Positions 28,994-37,984 of a stretch of DNA of 64,000 nt are shown here, piece after piece; the stretch's first letter is position 1, and the number at the start of each line of letters is the position of its first letter. The DNA comes from Alphaproteobacteria bacterium (GTDB lineage: Bacteria > Pseudomonadota > Alphaproteobacteria > Rs-D84): assembly GCA_009784235.1 (NCBI GenBank), contig WRCC01000003.1, positions 72,984 to 136,983 of the forward strand, written 5' to 3'. The translations under genes were made by a program, and so were the position numbers. The notes below the pieces were generated by a model that was given only the letters and a program-made list of their open reading frames with translations, was not told the origin of the DNA and searched no databases.

Positions 28994-29200
28994 ATGAAAA
29001 AAATATCAATCACAATTTCCGGACACAGAACATCTCTGACACTTGAATCCGAATTCATTGATGCGCTACGTCAAATTGCCGCATCACAGAAAAAATCCAT
29101 TGCCGGATTGGTCCAAGAAATTGATGCAAATCGCGCCCGTACGACTAATCTTTCTTCGGCCGTCCGAATCTATATACTGCGATACTTAACAATAAAATAA
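28994..29200 (+). CDS. Ribbon-helix-helix (RHH_4-type) small DNA-binding protein
   Basis: KKISITISGHRTSLTLESEFIDALRQIAASQKKSIAGLVQEID fits the RHH_4 pattern (S.T..GH.TSL.LE..FW.AL..IA). Its ATG immediately follows the previous stop. The 3' end overlaps the convergent ybeY-lnt gene by ~56 bp. Confidence 0.55.
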   Translation: MKKISITISGHRTSLTLESEFIDALRQIAASQKKSIAGLVQEIDANRARTTNLSSAVRIYILRYLTIK

Positions 29201-31082
29201 TCGCCATCATCCAATTGCGGCCAATGATGCGATATGGCGTGATGCGCGATGCACCGACGGTGCCGTCCAACGTGCCCGCAACACCAATTGGCAAACTGGA
29301 TATGATTGTACCATCTGCGGCGACAAATGCGCTGATACCCGAATAATTCGCGCGAATAACGGGCACCCCAGATTCAATTGCATGCCGACGCGTCATATCC
29401 AAGTGCTGATACGGACCGGGCGTCCGACCAAACCAGGTATCGTTTGTAATATTTATAATCATATTCGGCCGGGCGCCACGCGGCACCAACGAATCTGAAA
29501 AAATAATTTCATAACAAATTGCCGGTGAAAATGTAAAATCATTTATATTGATAACTTCCGGTCCATCGCCCCGTGACATTTCGCCGGGTGTTGGAACCAG
29601 TCCGCCCAGCGGGCCATATTCGCCAAACGGAACCAAATGCGATTTATGATATATATGATTAATTGTACCGGTCGCGTCTGCGACAATCATGGAATTGTAA
29701 AACTGTGCATCGCGAATGTTTCGCGATTCTGGAACACGCACAGTATTAACGCCCGCAATAACAGTCGCATTCAATTCGCGCGCTGGTGCAAAATCAACCA
29801 AAACATTTCCATCCATATCAAACGGTATCAAAATCGGATACGCTGTTTCCGGCCAGATTATTATATCTGGATTTCCATCGCCCGTTCGACTCAATTCCAC
29901 CAACTGCCTAACAGCTTCGTCGACTGCCTCGCGATTGATTTTAAATGATTGGCCCGCCGCCGGTTGAATAATTCTGATGATTGGCGATTCAGGTGCTGGT
30001 AATTTATTAATTGCATGAATATTATAATGACCATATCCGATACCGATAATTAGCAATGGAACAAAAAGCGCAAACGACCATTTGTATTTTTTTGGATTCG
30101 TGCATGCTGCAATTAATCCAATAATTATAAACGTTAATCCCAATGCGCCCCACAGAGCCATGCTGTTTGATAGTGCCGGCCATGGCATTGTGATATTCGC
30201 AATCGGATTCCATGGAAACCCAGTCAAAAGCCATTCGCGCAACCATAAAACGAAAGTCCATGCCGCTGCGAATATAATCGGCCGGTACCAATTATTCACA
30301 CCCGTCCACTTGGTCAATAAAAACGGCAATGCAAAAACTATTCCACCAAACAACGCGATTCCAATAACGCCCGGCGCGGTCCAAATTGCAAACTGCGCCG
30401 CCAATTCCGGCACAACATATATAGAATTCAAAACCCACCAGAAATTTGCCACAGCGTACCCGGCGCCAAATGCAAAAGGCAATAAATATGATTTTTTCCG
30501 CGTGGAAATAATCGCATATGCACCACCGATTCCAATCAGCGTCGCCGGCCACAAATAAAACGGTGCGAACCCAAGTGATGCGATGACACCGCATAAAAAT
30601 GTCAATACTGGCAAATAATATTTACCACGAATTTCGGTTTTATACGGGTCCCCTATTCCCAATTTCTTTAAAATCTTTGATTCCAACGATTCCATTTTAT
30701 CTGCATCCGAATCATTTATATGGTCGTGCCCCAGCAAATGCAAAACACCGTGAACAACCATATGCGACGCATGCGCAATAAAATCATTTGGCAATTCACG
30801 CATAACTGTATCAAACGAAATAAATATATCGCCCAGCAATTCCGAATCGCCGGTTTCAAACGACAAGACATTTGTCGGCGCATCTTTCCCGCGATATTTT
30901 TTATTTAATTCTTGTATTTCAGAATCATTGGTCAATATAATGGAAACTTCCCCGTCGCCATTCGCGCCTGTGGCACGAATCGCGGTATCCACGATTTTAT
31001 CAAAATCGATTTTATGTTTTTCCCATCGCGGGTCGTTAATTGTGATGAAAACTTTTATGGACATGCTGAAATCATAAATCAT
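29145..31082 (-). CDS. ybeY-lnt: Single ORF encoding an N-terminal YbeY endoribonuclease domain fused in frame to apolipoprotein N-acyltransferase (Lnt)
   Basis: The first ~155 aa carry the YbeY zinc motif HGVLHLLGHDH and end ...LGIGDPYKTEIRGKY. Lnt TM1 follows with no stop codon (YLPVLTFLCGVIASLGFAPFYLW...). The C-terminus is the Lnt nitrilase-type domain (WPETAYP, ICYE, NDTWFG). Confidence 0.85.
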   Translation of the reverse strand: MIYDFSMSIKVFITINDPRWEKHKIDFDKIVDTAIRATGANGDGEVSIILTNDSEIQELNKKYRGKDAPTNVLSFETGDSELLGDIFISFDTVMRELPNDFIAHASHMVVHGVLHLLGHDHINDSDADKMESLESKILKKLGIGDPYKTEIRGKYYLPVLTFLCGVIASLGFAPFYLWPATLIGIGGAYAIISTRKKSYLLPFAFGAGYAVANFWWVLNSIYVVPELAAQFAIWTAPGVIGIALFGGIVFALPFLLTKWTGVNNWYRPIIFAAAWTFVLWLREWLLTGFPWNPIANITMPWPALSNSMALWGALGLTFIIIGLIAACTNPKKYKWSFALFVPLLIIGIGYGHYNIHAINKLPAPESPIIRIIQPAAGQSFKINREAVDEAVRQLVELSRTGDGNPDIIIWPETAYPILIPFDMDGNVLVDFAPARELNATVIAGVNTVRVPESRNIRDAQFYNSMIVADATGTINHIYHKSHLVPFGEYGPLGGLVPTPGEMSRGDGPEVININDFTFSPAICYEIIFSDSLVPRGARPNMIINITNDTWFGRTPGPYQHLDMTRRHAIESGVPVIRANYSGISAFVAADGTIISSLPIGVAGTLDGTVGASRITPYRIIGRNWMMAIILLLSIAVYRFGRPKKD

Positions 31083-31093
31083 AAATCATAAAT
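31073..31093. repeat. Heptanucleotide microsatellite (CATAAAT)x3, i.e. (ATTTATG)x3 on the coding strand, spanning the ybeY start codon and the ftsK-ybeY junction
   Basis: atcataaatcataaatcataaatcagc. Each unit contains an ATG on the minus strand. Confidence 0.8.
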
Positions 31094-31099
31094 CAGCAA

Positions 31100-33331
31100 T
31101 TATAAAATGTGACGCTTGTTATTCGCATCTGGGCCGCTGACAATCCCCTCTGCCTCCATTCGTTCGATAAAGGTTGCGGCTTTGTTATATCCGATGCCCA
31201 GGCGACGCTGGATGTATGAAATCGTCGGTTTGCGGTCGCGGGTTACATATTCAACTGCTTGACGATATGCATCGCCGTCTTTTTCGGATTTAGAACGCGG
31301 CATTCCTGGGATTGCTTCGTAAGCAGATGCATCGCCGCCGTATCCGGATGACGATTCTTCGGCGTCGCCGATGCCATCCACGTATTCTGGTTCCGCCTGG
31401 GCACGGATGAAATCCGCAACGCGTTTCATTTCCTTGCCTTCTATCCATGCGCTGTGAATGCGCACCGGTACGCGGCCAGCTTCACTGAACAGCATGTCGC
31501 CATTGGCCAATAATTGTTCCGCGCCCTTTTCGCCCAGCGTCGTCATGGAATCGATATTCGAACGCGCTTGGAATGAAATTCGCGTTGGAAAGTTGGCTTT
31601 GATAACACCGGTGATAACGGACGTGTCCGGACGCTGGGTCGCCATCGCCAGATGTATGCCGGCGGCGCGTGCTTTCTGTGCCAATCGCTGCACGCACGCT
31701 TCAACTTCTTTGCGTGCAACGGACATCAAATCGGCAACTTCGTCAATAATTACCACCAGATACGGCATGTGTTCGAATTCTATTTCTTGTGTTTCGAATT
31801 CCAGCGCGCCTGTCTCTGGGTCGGTTCCAACCGCGACTTGTTTTGTAATTTTTTTGCCCGATGCCGCAACTTCGTTAAAGCCTTCGATATTTTGTGCACC
31901 GGCATCTTTTAATTTTTTATACCGTTCTTCCATTTCACGCACACACCATTTCAAAGTATTGACCGCGGCATTCGCGTCCGTAACAACCGGCGTAATCAAA
32001 TGCGGAATGTCTTTCCAGATTGTAAAATCGACACCCTTTGGATCAACCATAATTAATTTGCACTCATCCGGACGGAAATGATACAGCACCGACATTATAA
32101 TAGATTGCACAAATACAGATTTACCAGAACCCGTGCGGCCGGCAATCAGTACGTGCGGCATTTTCGCCAAATCATAATACATCGGGTCGCCGGCAATATT
32201 TACGCCCAGTGCCAACGGTATGTTCAAGCGCGAATGGATAAAATCATCAGTATCGACAAGACCGCGGAACCGAACAATTTGTCGGCCGCCCAAATTCACC
32301 ATTTCAACGCCAATATAATTACTGCGCGGAATATGGGCAATGCGAATATTTTCAGTCGCCATCGCGCGCGTCATATCTTTGACTGTGTCCGCGATTTTTG
32401 CAATTCGCATTCCGGCATCCGGTTCGAATTTATATAATGTAACAATCGGTCCGGGTTCAATGCCCATGACTTTGCCATATACGCCATAATCTTGGAAATG
32501 TGTTTCCAGCATGGCGGCCGTACGTTTAAGGTCTGCGGTCACGGCATGCTTTGAAAACTTTGCTTGCTCTACCAATTCGGGTGATGGCAATTCATAATCA
32601 TCGTGGTTGGTGGTTTGTGCCGGTGGCTGGTGGCTGGTGATTTTTTTTGCGGGCACTTTTTTAACCGCGCACGTTTTCTTTTCTTTTTCTTCTTCATCTT
32701 CTTCGATTTCTTCTGTGTCATCTTCATCCGAAATTTTTTCAACTTTGATTAAATGCAGTACGGAACCAATCCAGCGTGCGGCTGAAATTATTCCGCGATA
32801 AACGGTCATAACATTCGCCCATTTTATATGCAGCAATATTCCAGACATCAATAAAAACATACCGATAAATAAAATGCCAAGCATCATCGCAATGGAACCG
32901 CCGACCAAGCCTGACAAATCACTATGAATAATTGTACCGACCAGGCCGCCGGATGACCATGCGGGAATTACCAGGCCAAGGCCCGCCGCACCAAATACAG
33001 TCGCAATAAACGCACGCATTGCGTCATATTCCGGTGTTTCATTTTCCCAATTTAATAAAATCACGGCACCCAGTCGGGTTATATAAAGCAGAACGAACAA
33101 CAATGGAATCCATCCAATACCATTAATTGCAAAAGATAAAATCACACCGATTAATGATTGTCGGCCGAAACTGCTGGCCACGCTGGCGCCATTCAGCCAG
33201 GGGTCAAATCGAAGCAACGCGATAATAAAAACAACACCGATTAAAATTATTCCCGCGCCAATAATACGCAAAGTCAAATTCTTTAACGCATTTGAAATTG
33301 ATTCGGGCAAAAATCGGGTTTGCTTTGGCAT
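31100..33331 (-). CDS. ftsK: DNA translocase FtsK
   Basis: 743 aa; N-terminal TM domain, an acidic linker, an FtsK/SpoIIIE motor (GRTGSGKSV) and a C-terminal gamma domain. Confidence 0.95.
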   Translation of the reverse strand: MPKQTRFLPESISNALKNLTLRIIGAGIILIGVVFIIALLRFDPWLNGASVASSFGRQSLIGVILSFAINGIGWIPLLFVLLYITRLGAVILLNWENETPEYDAMRAFIATVFGAAGLGLVIPAWSSGGLVGTIIHSDLSGLVGGSIAMMLGILFIGMFLLMSGILLHIKWANVMTVYRGIISAARWIGSVLHLIKVEKISDEDDTEEIEEDEEEKEKKTCAVKKVPAKKITSHQPPAQTTNHDDYELPSPELVEQAKFSKHAVTADLKRTAAMLETHFQDYGVYGKVMGIEPGPIVTLYKFEPDAGMRIAKIADTVKDMTRAMATENIRIAHIPRSNYIGVEMVNLGGRQIVRFRGLVDTDDFIHSRLNIPLALGVNIAGDPMYYDLAKMPHVLIAGRTGSGKSVFVQSIIMSVLYHFRPDECKLIMVDPKGVDFTIWKDIPHLITPVVTDANAAVNTLKWCVREMEERYKKLKDAGAQNIEGFNEVAASGKKITKQVAVGTDPETGALEFETQEIEFEHMPYLVVIIDEVADLMSVARKEVEACVQRLAQKARAAGIHLAMATQRPDTSVITGVIKANFPTRISFQARSNIDSMTTLGEKGAEQLLANGDMLFSEAGRVPVRIHSAWIEGKEMKRVADFIRAQAEPEYVDGIGDAEESSSGYGGDASAYEAIPGMPRSKSEKDGDAYRQAVEYVTRDRKPTISYIQRRLGIGYNKAATFIERMEAEGIVSGPDANNKRHIL

Positions 33332-33377
33332 ATGCGAATTATATCACAAAAGATTGAAAATATACAGGGGCGAAAAA

Positions 33378-33406
33378 TATTTCGCCCCCGTGATTATGCG
33401 ATTGTA
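33378..33406 (-). terminator. Rho-independent terminator after tatA
   Basis: caggggcgaaaaatatttcgcccccgtg, followed on the minus strand by a T-run. Confidence 0.7.
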
Positions 33407-33414
33407 AAATAGTT

Positions 33415-33690
33415 TTATTTCTTTTTCACAGCCGGTGCTTTTTTCGCCGCCGGTTTTTTTACGGTCTTTTTTGCAGCTGGCTTTTTCTTTGCGACGACCG
33501 GTTTTGTTTCCGGTTTTTTATCTGTTGCTGGTTTTTCGGCCGGTTTTTTCTTGTCGTCTTCTTTTATTTCTTTTTTAAAGATATTAATCCCTTCGGCCAA
33601 GTTTTTCATAATATTCGGAAATTTCGAATGTCCGAACAAAACCATTGCCAAAACGATTACCAATATTATTTCCCAAAACCCAATTCTCAT
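33415..33690 (-). CDS. tatA: Twin-arginine translocase subunit TatA/E with a Lys/Ala/Pro-rich tail
   Basis: MRIGFWEIILVIVLAMVLFGHSKFPNIMKNLAEGINIFKK matches the TatA TM and amphipathic helix. The C-terminus is KKKPAAKK low complexity. Confidence 0.8.
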   Translation of the reverse strand: MRIGFWEIILVIVLAMVLFGHSKFPNIMKNLAEGINIFKKEIKEDDKKKPAEKPATDKKPETKPVVAKKKPAAKKTVKKPAAKKAPAVKKK

Positions 33691-33750
33691 TTTTTCCTTC
33701 CTTTTTATAGAAATTTGTCAGAACGATGCAGATGCGCCGTTATGACAAAT

Positions 33751-34437
33751 TTATTTCGTTACAAAGCAATCAAGTCCGTCTGATTTCGCATTTCTGCAAA
33801 ATCCATTCGCATCCGAGCCATCTTTGAACCCGACAACGCGCAGGCGATGTGTGGTTTTGCCATTCGGCAGAACTGCGGCCAATACGACGAATGAACGGTC
33901 TTCGAACAATGCTTTGTGATTTGCTTGCAATCTGCGTTGTGCGGCCAATGCAGAATCACGCGTGCCGTATGAACCAACCTGGACAGACCAGCCACCGCTT
34001 ACCGCGGATGCCGCGGGTCTTGCCACTGGGGTTTTTGCAACTGGTTTTGGTGCGGGCGCCGCCGCTGTTGTTGCCGGGCGTGGACGCGGTGCTTCCACAG
34101 GTGCCGCCGCCGGATTAAATGTTGCGTTCGCGCGGTCACCAACGACACGAACCGGTGCACCGACATCATCGCTGATTTCAGGCGCGGTTTCATCACCAGC
34201 CGGGGCAATGACGGTTGGCGTCGGCAAGCTGATATCTATATCCACAGATTCTTCGCCGCCGCGGATAACACTTATTATAATGTAAGTAGCAAGGATTATA
34301 ACAATCGCAGCCAAACCGAACAAAAGCCACGGACGACGCGGACGCGCACAAGATTCCAGCGGGCCGCCATGCGGTAATTCCGGCAAATCGATATCATCGT
34401 CCAAATCGATTAATTCCAATTCTTCTCTGTCGGCCAT
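33751..34437 (-). CDS. SPOR-domain cell-division protein (DedD/FtsN-like)
   Basis: An acidic N-terminus, one TM helix, a Pro/Ala-rich linker and a C-terminal SPOR domain (GWSVQVGSYGTRDSALAAQRRL...YRLRVVGF). Confidence 0.7.
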   Translation of the reverse strand: MADREELELIDLDDDIDLPELPHGGPLESCARPRRPWLLFGLAAIVIILATYIIISVIRGGEESVDIDISLPTPTVIAPAGDETAPEISDDVGAPVRVVGDRANATFNPAAAPVEAPRPRPATTAAAPAPKPVAKTPVARPAASAVSGGWSVQVGSYGTRDSALAAQRRLQANHKALFEDRSFVVLAAVLPNGKTTHRLRVVGFKDGSDANGFCRNAKSDGLDCFVTK

Positions 34438-34497
34438 TGCGCCCTCCTTTCTATATATCCCGCTGCATTATACCACGATTCGGCCTGGCTTCAAAAT

Positions 34498-35031
34498 TTA
34501 TTTGTTGCCTGCATTATGACGCGCAATGCTGTCCATAATTATTTTGTGTGCTTGGGTAACATCGCCCCATCCGATAACGCGCGACCATACAGCTGTTTCC
34601 AAATCTTTATAATGCGCAAAGAAGTATTCAATCTTTGCCTTTAATATCGGTGGCAAATCTCCAACAGACAATATGTTGGTTTGAAACGGGTCAACTTTGT
34701 CCGTTGGCACACAGATTATTTTTTCATCTCCGCCTGCATTGTCTTCCATAATCAATACGCCAATCGGTCGCACATCGATAAGGACGCCCGGGACAAGCGC
34801 AGCACTGCACACAACCACGGCGTCCAGCGGATCACCATCATCGCCCAATGTTCCCGGAAAATACCCATAGTTTGCCGGATACAACAGCGGCGTATGCAAA
34901 ACCCGGTCAGCCTTTAACAATCCGGTTTCTTTATCAATTTCATATTTTACGTGTCCGTCTTCGGGGACTTCGATTACAACAGTCATATTATGCGGTGGGT
35001 TTGCCCCTGGTGTCAATTTTTCCAATGTCAT
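34498..35031 (-). CDS. ppa: Inorganic pyrophosphatase
   Basis: 177 aa; VVIEVPEDGHVKYEIDKETG...DGDPLDAVVV. Confidence 0.95.
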   Translation of the reverse strand: MTLEKLTPGANPPHNMTVVIEVPEDGHVKYEIDKETGLLKADRVLHTPLLYPANYGYFPGTLGDDGDPLDAVVVCSAALVPGVLIDVRPIGVLIMEDNAGGDEKIICVPTDKVDPFQTNILSVGDLPPILKAKIEYFFAHYKDLETAVWSRVIGWGDVTQAHKIIMDSIARHNAGNK

Positions 35032-35132
35032 TATTATTTTCCTTGTTTGTTCGTGTGATTATATCATGCAAAATTGCCAAAGGCAAAATAAACCCCGGAC
35101 AAAATGCCCGGGATTATACTTTAAGAATAAAA

Positions 35133-36251
35133 TCATATTCTCATGGGCATCAAGATGAATAAGCAATCCGTCTTCTTATTTGTCGATTGCCATACCGTTG
35201 GCGATAACGGGTCTTGCATCGCCAATTGCATTTTATCGCCTTCGACCTGGCCCGCAATATCCAGCAAGAATTTCACATTGAATGCAATCGTGAATGTATC
35301 ATCGCCATTGTATTCGATGTCCAGTTCTTGGGTCGCCGTACCATTATCCGCAGATGACGCATTAACAACCAATTTATTCATCGAAAATGTCAATTGAACA
35401 GTTTTCGCTTTATCCACAGATGCAACCGAAACCAAGTCAACCGCGGATATAAATTGTTTGCGGTTCAATACGGCAATTTTATCGTTGCCTTTTGGAATCA
35501 CGACGCGATAATTCGGATACTGCGCATCGACCAATTTGGATGTCAGCGTTGCCGGGCCAACGGTAAAGCGTGCCTTGGTATCCGACAATTCAATTGTAAC
35601 ATCATCAACGTTCGCATCTTCCAGCAATTTGGATAATTCGCCGATAACACGACGTGGCAAAATAACCGATGGCATATCGACCGAACCATCCGGCGCGGAC
35701 GCGCTGCACAGCGCCAGACGTTGTGAATCCGTGGCCACAGCGGTCAGCATTTTATTTTTGCCTTCGTCCGTAATGTGGAAATAAATACCGCCCAAATGAT
35801 AACGAACATCGTCGGTCGGTATTGCAAATTTCGTCTGGTTGACCAAGTGCGCCAAATCGCCCGTTGTCATGGTGAATTTCGTCGTCAAATGCGCACCCGC
35901 CATCATCGGGAAATTTTCCGCCGGCAATGTCGGTAATTTGAATATCGCGCGACCCGACGACACAACCAATTGGTCGCCAGTCTGTTTGAACTTTATTTCC
36001 GCATCATCCGGCAATTTGCGCACAATGTCGTACAGCATATGCACCGGCACAGTAACCTTGCCACCCAGTGTGATATCCGCCACAACATGTTCAACCAATT
36101 CCAAATCAACATTGGTCGCAGATAATACCAGATTATCTTTGACTTCGATTTTAACGTTCATCAAAATTGGCAAAGTCGCGCGACGTTCGACAATTGATTG
36201 CATGTGTCCCAGCGCGCGTATTAAAACTTGTCTGAATACTGAAAATTCCAT
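35133..36251 (-). CDS. dnaN: DNA polymerase III beta sliding clamp. The start MEFSVFRQ is at the ATG at 36251 with an AAGGAA ribosome-binding site.
   Basis: Three-domain beta-clamp pattern. It is not adjacent to dnaA, which lies at 44119..45417. Confidence 0.9.
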   Translation of the reverse strand: MEFSVFRQVLIRALGHMQSIVERRATLPILMNVKIEVKDNLVLSATNVDLELVEHVVADITLGGKVTVPVHMLYDIVRKLPDDAEIKFKQTGDQLVVSSGRAIFKLPTLPAENFPMMAGAHLTTKFTMTTGDLAHLVNQTKFAIPTDDVRYHLGGIYFHITDEGKNKMLTAVATDSQRLALCSASAPDGSVDMPSVILPRRVIGELSKLLEDANVDDVTIELSDTKARFTVGPATLTSKLVDAQYPNYRVVIPKGNDKIAVLNRKQFISAVDLVSVASVDKAKTVQLTFSMNKLVVNASSADNGTATQELDIEYNGDDTFTIAFNVKFLLDIAGQVEGDKMQLAMQDPLSPTVWQSTNKKTDCLFILMPMRI

Positions 36252-36337
36252 TTTACTGTTCCTTTGATATATATTCTCTCGCGTGATTTTACTGAAAAGC
36301 CCGATTCGGCGCAAGAGTAAATTTGCCTTAAATTTTA

Positions 36338-36365
36338 TTGACAAATTGGTTTTGCGCTATATAAT
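36338..36365 (+). promoter_or_regulatory. Candidate sigma70-type promoter (TTGACA, 16-nt spacer, TATAAT) upstream of the OMP gene 36375
   Basis: ttgacaaattggttttgcgctatataat. The -10 sits only ~9 nt before the annotated ATG, so either the transcript is leaderless or the true start lies downstream. Confidence 0.35.
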
Positions 36366-36374
36366 ATTTGTCAA

Positions 36375-37202
36375 ATGACTGGATTTAACAGAATCACGAT
36401 TATCATCTTTGCGTGCTTTATAATTGCGCGTGCGGCAACTGCATCATCCCCTATTAATCTATACCTGGGCACGACAATGGCATTTGCGCGATATAACGAA
36501 CCAGAAATCGACGTTACGCATAACGATAAATTTTTCCCAGGATTCATCGTGCGATTGGAACATGCCGCGCCAACCAAATCATCATTGTTCGCATCCATCC
36601 AGTACAGATATTTAACTGGAACGTACGATTACAGCGGATACCTGCAAGATAATTTCGGACGACGCTGGACATACCATGATTCCGGTATGCCGAAATCAAA
36701 ACAAGATGCAGAAATTCTGATTGGTGGATACATCAAATCTGGCGATGCGGATATCCATTATAAATTAATCGGGGGTTTGCGATATGAAAATATGACGGAC
36801 AATGGATACACGGTCAACCGCGCATTTTACCAGCGCACGCGCGATTCATATTTCGGTGTTATCGGCGCGGGCATCCGCGGTGATTTTGCAAGCTATCGCT
36901 ATCTGGAATTTATGATAAAAGCCAAACCGTTAATCAGTTCGAATCACCACAGCCGCCTGTCTGACCTGGGTGGCATATTTGCAAATTCCGGAACAATAAA
37001 ACAAAAGCAGCCCGGCGGATTCGGTGCGGAAATATCGCTGGAATACGTATATGAAATGCTTTGGTTTAATCCGTATATTTCATTTACAAAAATAGAATCA
37101 ACAAAATGGACTGATTTTAATGCCGGCGCCTTGCGCGGCCGAATCCAAGAACCGGCAAATACTATGACAGAATTCGGGATTAACCTGGGCGTGCGGTTTT
37201 AA
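36375..37202 (+). CDS. Outer-membrane beta-barrel protein (signal peptide, C-terminal LGVRF)
   Basis: 275 aa; Tyr/Gly-rich amphipathic strands; terminal Phe. Confidence 0.65.
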   Translation: MTGFNRITIIIFACFIIARAATASSPINLYLGTTMAFARYNEPEIDVTHNDKFFPGFIVRLEHAAPTKSSLFASIQYRYLTGTYDYSGYLQDNFGRRWTYHDSGMPKSKQDAEILIGGYIKSGDADIHYKLIGGLRYENMTDNGYTVNRAFYQRTRDSYFGVIGAGIRGDFASYRYLEFMIKAKPLISSNHHSRLSDLGGIFANSGTIKQKQPGGFGAEISLEYVYEMLWFNPYISFTKIESTKWTDFNAGALRGRIQEPANTMTEFGINLGVRF

Positions 37203-37984
37203 TTATCCAGCGCATCGCGAATACGCGCGCGTAATTTCTTTATATCATCATATTTCTTTATGACGCCACCTTTTGCAATCGATATGTCGCCGGTTTCTTC
37301 GGATACAACCAATACAACTGCATCCGATACTTCGGACATGCCGATTGCCGCACGATGCCGCGTGCCATATTTCCAATCCAGATTATTCTTTTCGGTCAGC
37401 GGCAAAATCGCGCCCGCAAATAAAATTTTCGCACCGGATATAATCACCGCACCGTCATGCAGCGGCGTCTTGTTAAAAAATATAGTTATCAGCAATTCCG
37501 ACGAAACATCCCCATTTATCCGGGTACCGATTTTATCAACCGTGCTGGACAATCCCTTTTGAAATACCATCAGCGCACCGGTGTGCTTTTTAGACATGTA
37601 TTCTGCCGCCCGAACAATTTCATCCGCAGTATGGTTCAATCTTTTCTTTTTTTCTGCATCAATAAAAGCATTTTTAAAAAACATCGCGCGCAGAAAAGTT
37701 ATCTGGCCCATCATGCCCAAAAATTTTCGAAGTTCCGGCTGGAATATAACGACCAATCCAATCGACATAAACAATGCAACCCATCGCGTGACATTACCCA
37801 ATATACCCAGACCCAGTTCCATAAAAATCCAGCTGACAATCCAAAGGCCCAGCAAGCCGAATAATCCGCGAACAAATTTCTCAGACGCAGACCCGCGAAT
37901 AAATTGGCGATAAAACAACCACGCCAAAACGGCGATTATCATTATCTGGACAACAGATGATATGGATGTGAATAAATCTGGCAT
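37199..37984 (-). CDS. cdaA: Diadenylate cyclase CdaA (c-di-AMP synthase)
   Basis: Three N-terminal TM helices, then a DAC domain with HDGAVII (DGA) and GTRHRAAIG (RHR) motifs. Confidence 0.85.
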   Translation of the reverse strand: MPDLFTSISSVVQIMIIAVLAWLFYRQFIRGSASEKFVRGLFGLLGLWIVSWIFMELGLGILGNVTRWVALFMSIGLVVIFQPELRKFLGMMGQITFLRAMFFKNAFIDAEKKKRLNHTADEIVRAAEYMSKKHTGALMVFQKGLSSTVDKIGTRINGDVSSELLITIFFNKTPLHDGAVIISGAKILFAGAILPLTEKNNLDWKYGTRHRAAIGMSEVSDAVVLVVSEETGDISIAKGGVIKKYDDIKKLRARIRDALDN

